From the human T2T-CHM13v2.0 reference genome, Homo sapiens, in NCBI RefSeq assembly GCF_009914755.1, contig NC_060948.1: a DNA stretch of 64,000 bases. The stretch is one strand, 5' to 3'. The notes beneath the pieces are model-generated. The model made no database searches and was not told the origin of the DNA. It saw only the letters and a list, made by a program, of their open reading frames with translations. The translations under genes were made by a program, and so were the position numbers. How positions within the stretch are numbered: the stretch's first letter is position 1; every line of letters starts with the position of its first letter. Shown here in pieces: positions 41,101 through 56,100 of the stretch.

Positions 41101-44100
41101 CAATGGAATGGATTCGAAAGGAATGGAATCTAATGGAATGGAATTAAATGGAAATGAATCAAATTGAATAGAACGGAATTGAATTGAATGGAATCGAATG
41201 CAATGGAATCTAATGAAACGGAAAGGAAAGGAATGGAATGGATTGGAATGGAATGGGCTGGAATGGAATGGAATCGAAACGAATGGAATGGAATCGAACT
41301 GAAGAGACTGGAATGGAATGCACTGGAATGGAAGGGAATGTAATGGAAGGTTCTCGAAAAAAATGGAATCGAAAGGAATGGAATTGAATGGAACGGAATA
41401 GAGTCGAATGGAATTGAATGGAATGGAATGGACTAGAGTGAAATGGAATCGAACCACAAGAAATGGACAGGAATAGAATGGTCTCGAATTGAATGGAATC
41501 GTATGGAATGGCATCAAACGGAATGGAATGGACAGCCACGGAATGGAATGGACACCCACGGAATGGAATGCACTCGAATGCAATGGAGTCGACACTAATG
41601 GACTGGAATAGAATGGACTCGACTGGTACGGACTCCAATGGAATGGAATCGAATGGAAGGGAATCGAACGGAATGGACTCGAAGGGAAAAGACTGCAATG
41701 GAAAGGTCTCCAATGGAATGGAAATTAATGGAATGGAATGGAATCGAATGAAATGGAGTCAAAAGGAATGGAATCGAATGGCAAGAAATCGAATGTAATG
41801 GAATCGCAAGGAATTGATGTGAACGGAACGGAATGGAATGGAATCCAAAGGAATGGAATAGAATGGAATGGAATCGAATGGAAAGGACTCGAATGGAAAT
41901 CACTCGAATAGAATGCAATTTAATAAAATAGGATCAAATGTAATGGAATGGAATGGAAAGGAATCGAAACGAAAGGAAAGGAGACAGATGGAATGGAATG
42001 GAACAGAGAGCAATGGTATAGAATGGAATGGAATCATCTGGAATGGAAGTGAATGGAATGGAATAATATGAAATGGAATGGAATTTAATGGAATGGAATG
42101 CCCTTATATTAAATGGACTGGAATGGAATGGACTCGAACAGAGTGGAATGGAAAGTGTTGAAATAGAATGGAATGGACTCGTTTGGAATGGTCTAGTATG
42201 CAATGCAATCGACTGGCAGGGAATCAAAAGGAATGTAATCGAATGGATTGGACTGGAATGCAATGGACTCGAATAGATTGGAAACGGAAAGCAAAGGAAT
42301 GGAATGGAATAGTATGGAATGGAATGGAAAGGAATGGAGAGGAATAGACTAGAGTGGAATGGAATGGACTCGAAAGCAATGGACTGGAATGGAACTTTCT
42401 TGAATGGACTGGAATCAAACGGAATGGAATGCAATGCAATCAAATGGCATGGAATAAAATAGAATGAAAGAGAATCAAATGGAATTGAATCGAATGGAAT
42501 CGAATGGATTGGAAAGGAATAGAATGGAATGGAATGGAATTGACTCAAATGGAATGGACTAGAATGGAATGGATTCGAATGGAAGGCAAAGGAATGGAAT
42601 CTATTGGAATGGACTGTAATGGAATGGAATGGAAGGGATTGGAATGGACTCGAATGGAATGGACTGCAATAGAAAGGATTCGAATGGAATGAAAAAGAAT
42701 TGAATGGAATAGAACAGAATGGAATCAAATCGAATGAAATGGAATGGAATAGAAAGGAATGGAATGAAATGGAATGGAAAGGATTCGAATGGAATGCAAT
42801 CGAATGGAATGAAATCGAATGGAATGGAATCGAACGGAATGGAATAAAATGGAAGAAAACTGGCAAGAAATGGAGTCGAAATGAATGGAGTGTTATGGAA
42901 CGGACTCAAAAGGAATTGAATGTAATAGAATGGAGTGGAGTGGACTCGAATATAATGGACTGGAATGGAATGAAATCACATGGAATGGGAACGAATGGAA
43001 TGGAATGGAAAGGAATGGAATCGAATGGAAAGGAATCGAATGGAAGGGAATGAAATTGAATCAACAGGAATGGAAGGGAGTAGAATAGACGGTAATGGAA
43101 TGGACTCGAATAGAATGGACACGAATGCTCAAATTGAATGGACTCGAATGGAATGGAAACGAAAGGAATGTCATCGAATGGAATTGAATCGATTGGAATG
43201 AAATCACATAGAATGGAGTGGAATCAAATGGAATTGAATCGAAAGGAAAGGAAGCGAATGGACTGAAATGAAATGGAATGGAATTGAATGGAAATTAATG
43301 CAATGGAATAGAATGGAACGAAATTTCACGGAATGGAATCAAACTGAATGGAATCAAATCAATGGAATATAATCAAATGGAATGGAAAGGAATTGAATGG
43401 AGTAGATTGGATTGGATGGGATTGGAATGAAATGTACTGGAAAGGACTCGAATTTCATGAAACGGAATGGAATGAATTAGAACGGAATGGACTCGAATGG
43501 AATGGAATGTCATGGAATGGCATCAAATGGAATGGAATCGAATGCCATGGAATGCTATGGAATGGAATGGAATGCATTGGAATGGAATGTCCTCTAATGG
43601 AATGTATTCGAGTGGAATGGAATCGAATATAATGGAGTCTAATGAAAGGGAATTGAAAGGAATGGGACCGAATACAATGGAATATACTGGAATGTAATGT
43701 AATGAACTCGAATGTAATTGACTGGAATGGAATGTACATGAATGGAATGTAATCGAATGGAAAGCAATCCAATGGAATAGAATCTAATGCAATAAAATGG
43801 ACTCAAATAGAGTAGAATGTAATGGAATGGAGTGCAGGGCAATGGAATGGAATGGAATGGAATGCAATGGAATGGAATGGAATGGAATGGAATGGAATGG
43901 GATGGAATGGTATGGAATGGATAGTAATGGACTGGAGTGAAATGGACTGGAAAAGAAGGGACTCAAATTGAAAGGGCTCGAAAAGAATGGAGTCAAATGG
44001 AATGGTCTGGAATGGAATGAACATGAATGTAATGCAATCCAATAGAATGGAATCGAATGGCATGGAATATAAAGAAATGGAATCGAAGAGAATGGAAACA

Positions 44101-47100
44101 AATGGAATGGAATTGAATGGAATGGAATTGAATGGAATGGGAACGAATGGAGTGAAATTGTATGCAGTAGAAGAGAATAGAATGGAATGCAAGCGAAAGG
44201 AAAGGAATGGATTGGAATGGAATGGAATTCATTGGAATGGAAGGGAATGTAGTGTAATGGACAGGCCTGGAATAAAGTGGAATGCTACGGTCTCGAATGG
44301 AATAAAAATGTATGGAATGGAATGCAATGAAACGGAATCGAATGTCATAGAATGTAATGGAATGCAAAAAAATGGAATCCAAAATCATTGACTGGAAAGG
44401 CTGGGTGTCGAAAGGAATTGACTCCAATGGAATGGAATCGAATGGAATGGAAGTGAATAGAATGGAACTAAATCGAATGGAATGGAATTGATAGGAACGG
44501 AATGGAAAGGAATGCAATGATTTGGCATGGAATGGAATCGAATGGCATCGAATGGAATGGAATGGAATGCAATGGAATGGAATGTATTAGAATGTAATGA
44601 ACTTTAATGGAATGTACTCGAATGGATTCGACTGGAATGGAATGTTCTCGAAGTGAATGGACTCCAATGGAATGGATTCGAAAGGAATGGAATCTAATGG
44701 AATGGAATTAAATGGAAATGAATCAAATTGAATAGAACGGAATTGAATTGAATGGAATCGAATGCAATGGAATCTAATGAAACGGAAAGGAAAGGAATGG
44801 AATGGATTGGAATGGAATGGGCTGGAATGGAATGGAATCGAAACGAATGGAATGGAATCGAACTGAAGAGACTGGAATGGAATGCACTGGAATGGAAGGG
44901 AATGTAATGGAAGGTTCTCGAAAAAAATGGAATCGAAAGGAATGGAATTGAATGGAACGGAATAGAGTCGAATGGAGTTCAATGGAATGGAATGGACTAG
45001 AGTGAAATGGAATCGAACCACAAGGAATGGACAGGAATAGAATGGTCTCGAATTGAATGGAATCGTATGGAATGGCATCAAACGGAATGGAATGGACAGC
45101 CACGGAATGGAATGGACACCCACGGAATGGAATGCACTCGAATGCAATGGAGTCGACACTAATGGACTGGAATAGAATGGACTCGACTGGTACGGACTCC
45201 AATGGAATGGAATCGAATGGAAGGGAATCGAACGGAATGGACTCGAAGGGAAAAGACTGCAATGGAAAGGTCTCCAATGGAATGGAAATTAATGGAATGG
45301 AATGGAATCGAATGAAATGGAGTCAAAAGGAATGGAATCGAATGGCAAGAAATCGAATGTAATGGAATCGCAAGGAATTGATGTGAACGGAACGGAATGG
45401 AATGGAATCCAAAGGAATGGAATAGAATGGAATGGAATCGAATGGAAAGGACTCGAATGGAAATCACTCGAATAGAATGCAATTTAATAAAATAGGATCA
45501 AATGTAATGGAATGGAATGGAAAGGAATCGAAACGAAAGGAATGGAGACAGATGGAATGGAATGGAACAGAGAGCAATGGTATAGAATGGAATGGAATCA
45601 TCTGGAATGGAATTGAATGGAATGGAATAATATGAAATGGAATGGAATGGAATGGAATGTCCTTGAATTAAATGGACTGGAATGGAATGGACTCGAACAG
45701 AGTGGAATGGAAAGTGTTGAAATAGAATGGAATGGACTCGTTTGGAATGGTCTAGTATGCAATGCAATAGACTGGCAGGGAATCAAAAGGAATGTAATCG
45801 AATGGATTGGACTGGAATGCAATGGACTCGAATAGATTGGAAACGGAAAGCAAAGGAATGGAATGGAATAGTATGGAATGGAATGCAAAGGAATGGAGTG
45901 GAATAGACTAGAGTGGAATGGAATGGAGTCGAAAGCAATGGACTGGAATGGAACTTTCTTGAATGGACTGGAATCAAACGGAATGGAATGCAATGCAATC
46001 AAATGGCATGGAATAAAATAGAATGAAAGAGAATCAAATGGAATTGAATCGAATGGAATCGAATGGATTGGAAAGGAATAGAATGGAATGGAATGGAATT
46101 GACTCAAATGGAATGGACTAGAATGGAATGGATTCGAATGGAAGGCAAAGGAATGGAATCTATTGGAATGGACTGTAATGGAATGGAATGGAAGGGATTG
46201 GAATGGACTCGAATGGAATGGACTGCAGTAGAAAGGATTCGAATGGAATGAAAAAGAATTGAATGGAATAGAACAGAATGGAATCAAATCGAATGAAATG
46301 GAATGGAATAGAAAGGAATGGAATGAAATGGAATGGAAAGGATTCGAATGGAATGCAATCGAATGGAATGCAATCGAATGGAATGGAATCGAACGGAATG
46401 GAATAAAATGGAAGAAAACTGGCAAGAAATGGAATCGAAATGAATGGAGTGTTATGGAACGGACTCAAAAGGAATTGAATGTAATAGAATGGAGTGGAGT
46501 GGACTCGAATATAATGGACTAGAATGGAATGAAATCACATGGAATGGGAACGAATGGAATGGAATGGAAAGGAATGGAATCGAATGGAAAGGAATCGAAT
46601 GGAAGGGAATGAAATTGAATCAACAGGAATGGAAGGGAGTAGAATAGACGGTAATGGAATGGACTCGAATAGAATGGACACAAATGCTCAAATTGAATGG
46701 ACTCGAATGGAATGGCAACGAAAGGAATGTCATCGAATGGAATTGAATCGATTGGAATGAAATCACATAGAATGGAGTGGAATCAAATGGAATTGAATCG
46801 AAAGGAAAGGAAGCGAATGGACTGAAATGAAATGGAATGGAATTGAATGGAAATTAATGCAATGGAATAGAATGGAACGAAATTTCACGGAATGGAATCA
46901 AACTGAATGGAATCAAATCAATGGAATATAATCAAATGGAATGGAAAGGAATTGAATGGAGTAGATTGAATTGGATGGGATTGGAATGAAATGTACTGGA
47001 AAGGACTCGAATTTCATGAAACGGAATGGAATGAATTAGAACGGAATGGACTCGAATGGAATGGAATGTCATGGAATGGCATCAAATGGAATGGAATCGA

Positions 47101-50100
47101 ATGCGATGGAATGCTATGGAATGGAATGGAATGCATTGGAGTGGAATGTCCTCTAATGGAATGTATTCGAGTGGAATGGAATCGAATATAATGGAGTCTA
47201 ATGAAATGGAATTGAAAGGAATGGGACCGAATACAATGGAATATACTGGAATGTAATGTAATGAACTCGAATGTAATTGACTGGAATGGAATGTACATGA
47301 ATGGAATGTAATCTAACGGAAAGCAATCCAATGGAATAGAATCTAATGCAATAAAATCGACTCAAATAGAGTAGAATGTAATGGAATGGAGTGCAGTGCA
47401 ATGGAATGGAATGGAATGGAATGCAATGGAATGGAATGGAATGGAATGGGATGGAATGGTATGGAATGGATAGTAATGGACTGGAGTGAAATGGACTGGA
47501 AAAGAATGGACTCAAATTGAAAGGGCTCGAAAGGAATGGAGTCAAATGGAATGGTCTGGAATGGAATGAACACGAATGTAATGCAATCCAATAAATGGAA
47601 TCGAATGGCATGGTATATAAAGAAATGGAATCGAAGAGAATGGAAACAAATGGAATGGAATTGAATGGAATGGAATTGAATGGAATGGGAACGAATGGAG
47701 TGAAATTGTATGCAGTAGAAGAGAATAGAATGGAATGCAAGCGAAAGGAAAGGAATGGATTGGAATGGAATGGAATTCATTGGAATGGAAGGGAATGTAG
47801 TGTAATGGACAGGCCTGGAATAAAGTGGAATGCTACGGTCTCGAATGGAATAAAAATGTATGGAACGGAATGCAATGAAACGGAATCGAATGTCATAGAA
47901 TGTAATGGAATGCAAAAAAATGGACTCCAAAATCATTGACTGGAAAGGGTGGGTGTCGAAAGGAATTGACTCCAATGGAATGGAATCGAATGGAATGGAA
48001 GTGAATAGAATGGAACTAAATCGAATGGAATGGAATTGATAGGAACGGAATGGAAAGGAATGCAATGATTTGGCATGGAATGGAATCGAATGGCATCGAA
48101 TGGAATGGAATGGAATGCAATGGAATGGAATGTATTAGAATGTAATGAACTTTAATGGAATGTACTCGAATGGATTCGACTGGAATGGAATGTTCTCGAA
48201 GTGAATGGACTCCAATGGAATGGATTCGAAAGGAATGGAATCTAATGGAATGGAATTAAATGGAAATGAATCAAATTGAATAGAACGGAATTGAATTGAA
48301 TGGAATCGAATGCAATGGAATCTAACGAAACGGAAAGGAAAGGAATGGAATGGATTGGAATGGAATGGGCTGGAATGGAATGGAATCGAAACGAATGGAA
48401 TGGAATCGAAGTGAAGAGACTGGAATGGAATGCACTGGAATGGAAGGGAATGTAATGGAAGGTTCTCGAAAAAAATGGAATCGAAAGGAATGGAATTGAA
48501 TGGAACGGAATAGAGTCGAATGGAGTTCAATGGAATGGAATGGACTAGAGTGAAATGAAATCGAACCACAAGGAATGGACAGGAATAGAATGGTCTCGAA
48601 TTGAATGGAATCGTATGGAATGGCATCAAACGGAATGGAATGGACGGCCACGGAATGGAATGCACTCGAATGCAATGGAGTCGAAACTAATGGACTGGAA
48701 TAGAATGGACTCGACTGGTACGGACTCCAATGGAATGGAATCGAATGGAAGGGAATCGAACGGAATGGACTCGAAGGGAAAAGACTGCAATGGAAAGGTC
48801 TCGAATGGAATGGAAATTAATGGAATGGAATGGAATCGAATGAAATGGAGTCAAAAGGAATGGAATCGAATGGCAAGAAATCGAATGTAATGGAATCGCA
48901 AGGAATTGATGTGAACGGAACGGAATGGAATGGAATCCAAAGGAATGGAATAGAATGGAATGGAATCGAATGGAAAGGACTCGAATGGCAATCACTCGAA
49001 TAGAATGCAATTTAATAAAATAGGATCAAATGTAATGGAATGGAATGGAAAGGAATCGAAACGAAAGGAATGGAGACAGATGGAATGGAATGGAACAGAG
49101 AGCAATGGTATAGAATGGAATGGAATCATCTGGAATGGAATTGAATGGAATGGAATAATATGAAATGGAATGGAATGGAATGGAATGCCCTTGAATTAAA
49201 TGGACTGGAATGGAATGGACTCGAACAGAGTGGAATGGAAAGTGTTGAAATAGAATGGAATGGACTCGTTTGGAATGGTCTAGTATGCAATGCAATAGAC
49301 TGGCAGGGAATCAAAAGGAATGTAATCGAATGGATTGGACTGGAATGCAATGGACTCGAATAGATTGGAAACGGAAAGCAAAGGAATGGAATGGAATAGT
49401 ATGGAATGGAATGCAAAGGAATGGAGTGGAATAGACTAGAGTGGAATGGAATGGACTCGAAAGCAATGGACTGGAATGGAACTTTCTTGAATGGACTGGA
49501 ATCAAACGGAATGGAATGCAATGCAATCAAATGGCATGGAATAAAATAGAATGAAAGAGAATCAAATGGAATTGAATCGAATGGAATCGAATGGATTGGA
49601 AAGGAATAGAATGGAATGGAATGGAATTGACTCAAATGGAATGGACTAGAATGGAATGGATTCGAATGGAAGGCAAAGGAATGGAATCTATTGGAATGGA
49701 CTGTAATGGAATGGAATGGAAGGGATTGGAATGGACTCGAATGGAATGGACTGCAGTAGAAAGGATTCGAATGGAATGAAAAAGAATTGAATGGAATAGA
49801 ACAGAATGGAATCAAATCGAATGAAATGGAATGGAATAGAAAGGAATGGAATGAAATGGAATGGAAAGGATTCGAATGGAATGCAATCGAATGGAATGCA
49901 ATCAAATGGAATGGAATCGAACGGAATGGAATAAAATGGAAGAAAACTGGCAAGAAATGGAATCGAAATGAATGGAGTGTTATGGAACGGACTCAAAAGG
50001 AATTGAATGTAATAGAATGGAGTGGAGTGGACTCGAATATAATGGACTAGAATGGAATGAAATCACATGGAATGGGATCGAATGGAATGGAATGGAAAGG

Positions 50101-53100
50101 AATGGAATCGAATGGAAAGGAATCGAATGGAAGGGAATGAAATTGAATCAACAGGAATGGAAGGGAGTAGAATAGACGGTAATGGAATGGACTCGAATAG
50201 AATGGACACGAATGCTCAAATTGAATGGACTCGAATGGAATGGCAACGAAAGGAATGTCATCGAATGGAATTGAATCGATTGGAATGAAATCACATAGAA
50301 TGGAGTGGAATCAAATGGAATTGAATCGAAAGGAAAGGAAGCGAATGGACTGAAATGAAATGGAATGGAATTGAATGGAAATTAATGCAATGGAATAGAA
50401 TGGAACGAAATTTCACGGAATGGAATCAAACTGAATGGAATCAAATCAATGGAATATAATCAAATGGAATGGAAAGGAATTGAATGGAGTAGATTGAATT
50501 GGATGGGATTGGAATGAAATGTACTGGAAAGGACTCGAATTTCATGAAACGGAATGGAATGAATTAGAACGGAATGGACTCGAATGGAATGGAATGTCAT
50601 GGAATGGCATCAAATGGAATGGAATCGAATGCGATGGAATGCTATGGAATGGAATGGAATGCATTGGAGTGGAATGTCCTCTAATGGAATGTATTCGAGT
50701 GGAATGGAATCGAATATAATGGAGTCTAATGAAATGGAATTGAAAGGAATGGGACCGAATACAATGGAATATACTGGAATGTAATGTAATGAACTCGAAT
50801 GTAATTGACTGGAATGGAATGTACATGAATGGAATGTAATCGAATGGAAAGCAATCCAATGGAATAGAATCTAATGCAATAAAATCGACTCAAATAGAGT
50901 AGAATGTAATGGAATGGAGTGCAGTGCAATGGAATGGAATGGAATGGAATGCAATGGAATGGAATGGAATGGAATGGGATGGAATGGTATGGAATGGATA
51001 GTAATGGACTGGAGTGAAATGGACTGGAAAAGAATGGACTCAAATTGAAAGGGCTCGAAAGGAATAGAGTCAAATGGAATGGTCTGGAATGGAATGAACA
51101 CGAATGTAATGCAATCCAATAGAATGGAATCGAATGGCATGGAATATAAAGAAATGGAATCGAAGAGAATGGAAACAAATGGAATGGAATTGAATGGAAT
51201 GGAATTGAATGGAATGGGAACGAATGGAGTGAAATTGTATGCAGTAGAAGAGAATAGAATGGAATGCAAGCGAAAGGAAAGGAATGGATTGGAATGGAAT
51301 GGAATTCATTGGAATGGAAGGGAATGTAGTGTAATGGACAGGCCTGGAATAAAGTGGAATGCTACGGTCTCGAATGGAATAAAAATGTATGGAACGGAAT
51401 GCAATGAAACGGAATCGAATGTCATAGAATGTAATGGAATGCAAAAAAATGGACTCCAAAATCATTGACTGGAAAGGCTGGGTGTCGAAAGGAATTGACT
51501 CCAATGGAATGGAATCGAATGGAATGGAAGTGAATAGAATCGAACTAAATCGAATGGAATGGAATTGATAGGAACGGAATGGAAAGGAATGCAATGATTT
51601 GGCATGGAATGGAATCGAATGGCATCGAATGGAATGGAATGGAATGCAATGGAATGGAATGTATTAGAATGTAATGAACTTTAATGGAATGTACTCGAAT
51701 GGATTCGACTGGAATGGAATGTTCTCGAAGTGAATGGACTCCAATGGAATGGATTCGAAAGGAATGGAATCTAATGGAATGGAATTAAATGGAAATGAAT
51801 CAAATTGAATAGAACGGAATTGAATTGAATGGAATCGAATGCAATGGAATCTAATGAAACGGAAAGGAAAGGAATGGAATGGATTGGAATGGAATGGGCT
51901 GGAATGGAATGGAATCGAAACGAATGGAATGGAATCGAACTGAAGAGACTGGAATGGAATGCACTGGAATGGAAGGGAATGTAATGGAAGGTTCTCGAAA
52001 AAAATGGAATCGAAAGGAATGGAATTGAATGGAACGGAATAGAGTCGAATGGAATTCAATGGAATGGAATGGACTAGAGTGAAATGGAATCGAACCACAA
52101 GGAATGGACAGGAATAGAATGGTCTCGAATTGAATGGAATCGTATGGAATGGCATCAAACGGAATGGAATGGACAGCCACGGAATGGAATGGACACCCAC
52201 GGAATGGAATGCACTCGAATGCAATGGAGTCGACACTAATGGACTGGAATAGAATGGACTCGACTGGTACGGACTCCAATGGAATGGAATCGAATGGAAG
52301 GGAATCGAAAGGAATGGACTCGAAGGGAAAAGACTGCAATGGAAAGGTCTCCAATGGAATGGAAATTAATGGAATGGAATGGAATCGAATGAAATGGAGT
52401 CAAAAGGAATGGAATCGAATGGCAAGAAATCGAATGTAATGGAATCGCAAGGAATTGATGTGAACGGAACGGAATGGAATGGAATCCAAAGGAATGGAAT
52501 AGAATGGAATGGAATCGAATGGAAAGGACTCGAATGGAAATCACTCGAATAGAATGCAATTTAATAAAATAGGATCAAATGTAATGGAATGGAATGGAAA
52601 GGAATAGAAACGAAAGGAATGGAGACAGATGGAATGGAATGGAACAGAGAGCAATGGTATAGAATGGAATGGAATCATCTGGAATGGAATTGAATGGAAT
52701 GGAATAATATGAAATGGAATGGAATTTAATGGAATGGAATGCCCTTGTATTAAATGGACTGGAATGGAATGGACTCGAACAGAGTGGAATGGAAAGTGTT
52801 GAAATAGAATGGAATGGACTCGTTTGGAATGGTCTAGTATGCAATGCAATCGACTGGCAGGGAATCAAAAGGGATGTAATCGAATGGATTGGACTGGAAT
52901 GCAATGGACTCGAATAGATTGGAAACGGAAAGCAAAGGAATGGAATGGAATAGTATGGAATGGAATGGAAAGGAATGGAGAGGAATAGACTAGAGTGGAA
53001 TGGAATGGACTCGAAAGCAATGGACTGGAATGGAACTTTCTTGAATGGACTGGAATCAAAGGGAATGGAATGCAATGCAATCAAATGGCATGGAATAAAA

Positions 53101-56100
53101 TAGAATGAAAGAGAATCAAATGGAATTGAATCGAATGGAATCGAATGGATTGGAAAGGAATAGAATGGAATGGAATGGAATTGACTCAAATGGAATGGAC
53201 TAGAATGGAATGGATTCGAATGGAAGGCAAAGGAATGGAATCTATTGGAATGGACTGTAATGGAATGGAATGGAAGGGATTGGAATGGACTCGAATGGAA
53301 TGGACTGCAATAGAAAGGATTCGAATGGAATGAAAAAGAATTGAATGGAATAGAACAGAATGGAATCAAATCGAATGAAATGGAATGGAATAGAAAGGAA
53401 TGGAATGAAATGGAATGGAAAGGATTCGAATGGAATGCAATCGAATGGAATGAAATCGAATGGAATGGAATCGAACGGAATGGAATAAAATGGAAGAAAA
53501 CTGGCAAGAAATGGAGTCGAAATGAATGGAGTGTTATGGAACGGACTCAAAAGGAATTGAATGTAATAGAATGGAGTGGAGTGGACTCGAATATAATGGA
53601 CTGGAATGGAATGAAATCACATGGAATGGGAACGAATGGAATGGAATGGAAAGGAATGGAATCGAATGGAAAGGAATCGAATGGAAGGGAATGAAATTGA
53701 ATCAACAGGAATGGAAGGGAGTAGAATAGACGGTAATGGAATGGACTCGAATAGAATGGACACGAATGCTCAAATTGAATGGACTCGAATGGAATGGAAA
53801 CGAAAGGAATGTCATCGAATGGAATTGAATCGATTGGAATGAAATCACATAGAATGGAGTGGAATCAAATGGAATTGAATCGAAAGGAAAGGAAGCGAAT
53901 GGACTGAAATGAAATGGAATGGAATTGAATGGAAATTAATGCAATGGAATAGAATGGAACGAAATTTCACGGAATGGAATCAAACTGAATGGAATCAAAT
54001 CAATGGAATATAATCAAATGGAATGGAAAGGAATTGAATGGAGTAGATTGGATTGGATGGGATTGGAATGAAATGTACTGGAAAGGACTCGAATTTCATG
54101 AAACGGAATGGAATGAATTAGAACGGAATGGACTCGAATGGAATGGAATGTCATGGAATGGCATCAAATGGAATGGAATCGAATGCGATGGAATGGAATG
54201 GAATGGAATGGAATGGAATGCATTGGAATGGAATGTCCTCTAATGGAATGTATTCGAGTGGAATGGAATCGAATATAATGGAGTCTAATGAAAGGGAATT
54301 GAAAGGAATGGGACCGAATACAATGGAATATACTGGAATGTAATGTAATGAACTCGAATGTAATTGACTGGAATGGAATGTACATGAATGGAATGTAATC
54401 GAATGGAAAGCAATCCAATGGAATAGAATCTAATGCAATAAAATGGACTCAAATAGAGTAGAATGTAATGGAATGGAGTGCAGTGCAATGGAATGGAATG
54501 GAATGGAATGCAATGGAATGGAATGGAATGGGATGGAATGGTATGGAATGGATAGTAATGGACTGGAGTGAAATGGACTGGAAAAGAATGGACTCAAATT
54601 GAAAGGGCTCGAAAGGAATGGAGTCAAATGGAATGGTCTGGAATGGAATGAACATGAATGTAATGCAATCCAATAGAATGGAATCGAATGGCATGGAATA
54701 TAAAGAAATGGAATCGAAGAGAATGGAAACAAATGGAATGGAATTGAATGGAATGGAATTGAATGGAATGGGAACGAATGGAGTGAAATTGTATGCAGTA
54801 GAAGAGAATAGAATGGAATGCAAGCGAAAGGAAAGGAATGGATTGGAATGGAATGGAATTCATTGGAATGGAAGGGAATGTAGTGTAATGGACAGGCCTG
54901 GAATAAAGTGGAATGCTACGGTCTCGAATGGAATAAAAATGTATGGAATGGAATGCAATGAAACGGAATCGAATGTCATAGAATGTAATGGAATGCAAAA
55001 AAATGGACTCCAAAATCATTGACTGGAAAGGCTGGGTGTCGAAAGGAATTGACTCCAATGGAATGGAATCGAATGGAATGGAAGTGAATAGAATCGAACT
55101 AAATCGAATGGAATGGAATTGATAGGAACGGAATGGAAAGGAATGCAATGATTTGGCATGGAATGGAATCGAATGGCATCGAATGGAATGCAATGGAATG
55201 CAATGGAATGGAATGTATTAGAATGTAATGAACTTTAATGGAATGTACTCGAATGGATTCGACTGGAATGGAATGTTCTCGAAGTGAATGGACTCCAATG
55301 GAATGGATTCGAAAGGAATGGAATCTAATGGAATGGAATTAAATGGAAATGAATCAAATTGAATAGAACGGAATTGAATTGAATGGAATCGAATGCAATG
55401 GAATCTAATGAAACGGAAAGGAAAGGAATGGAATGGATTGGAATGGAATGGGCTGGAATGGAATGGAATCGAAACGAATGGAATGGAATCGAACTGAAGA
55501 GACTGGAATGGAATGCACTGGAATGGAAGGGAATGTAATGGAAGGTTCTCGAAAAAAATGGAATCGAAAGGAATGGAATTGAATGGAACGGAATAGAGTC
55601 GAATGGAATTCAATGGAATGGAATGGACTAGAGTGAAATGGAATCGAACCACAAGGAATGGACAGGAATAGAATGGTCTCGAATTGAATGGAATCGTATG
55701 GAATGGCATCAAACGGAATGGAATGGACAGCCACGGAATGGAATGGACACCCACGGAATGGAATGCACTCGAATGCAATGGAGTCGACACTAATGGACTG
55801 GAATAGAATGGACTCGACTGGTACGGACTCCAATGGAATGGAATCGAATGGAAGGGAATCGAACGGAATGGACTCGAAGGGAAAAGACTGCAATGGAAAG
55901 GTCTCGAATGGAATGGAAATTAATGGAATGGAATGGAATCGAATGAAATGGAGTCAAAAGGAATGGAATCGAATGGCAAGAAATCGAATGTAATGGAATC
56001 GCAAGGAATTGATGTGAACGGAACGGAATGGAATGGAATCCAAAGGAATGGAATAGAATGGAATGGAATCGAATGGAAAGGACTCGAATGGAAATCACTC

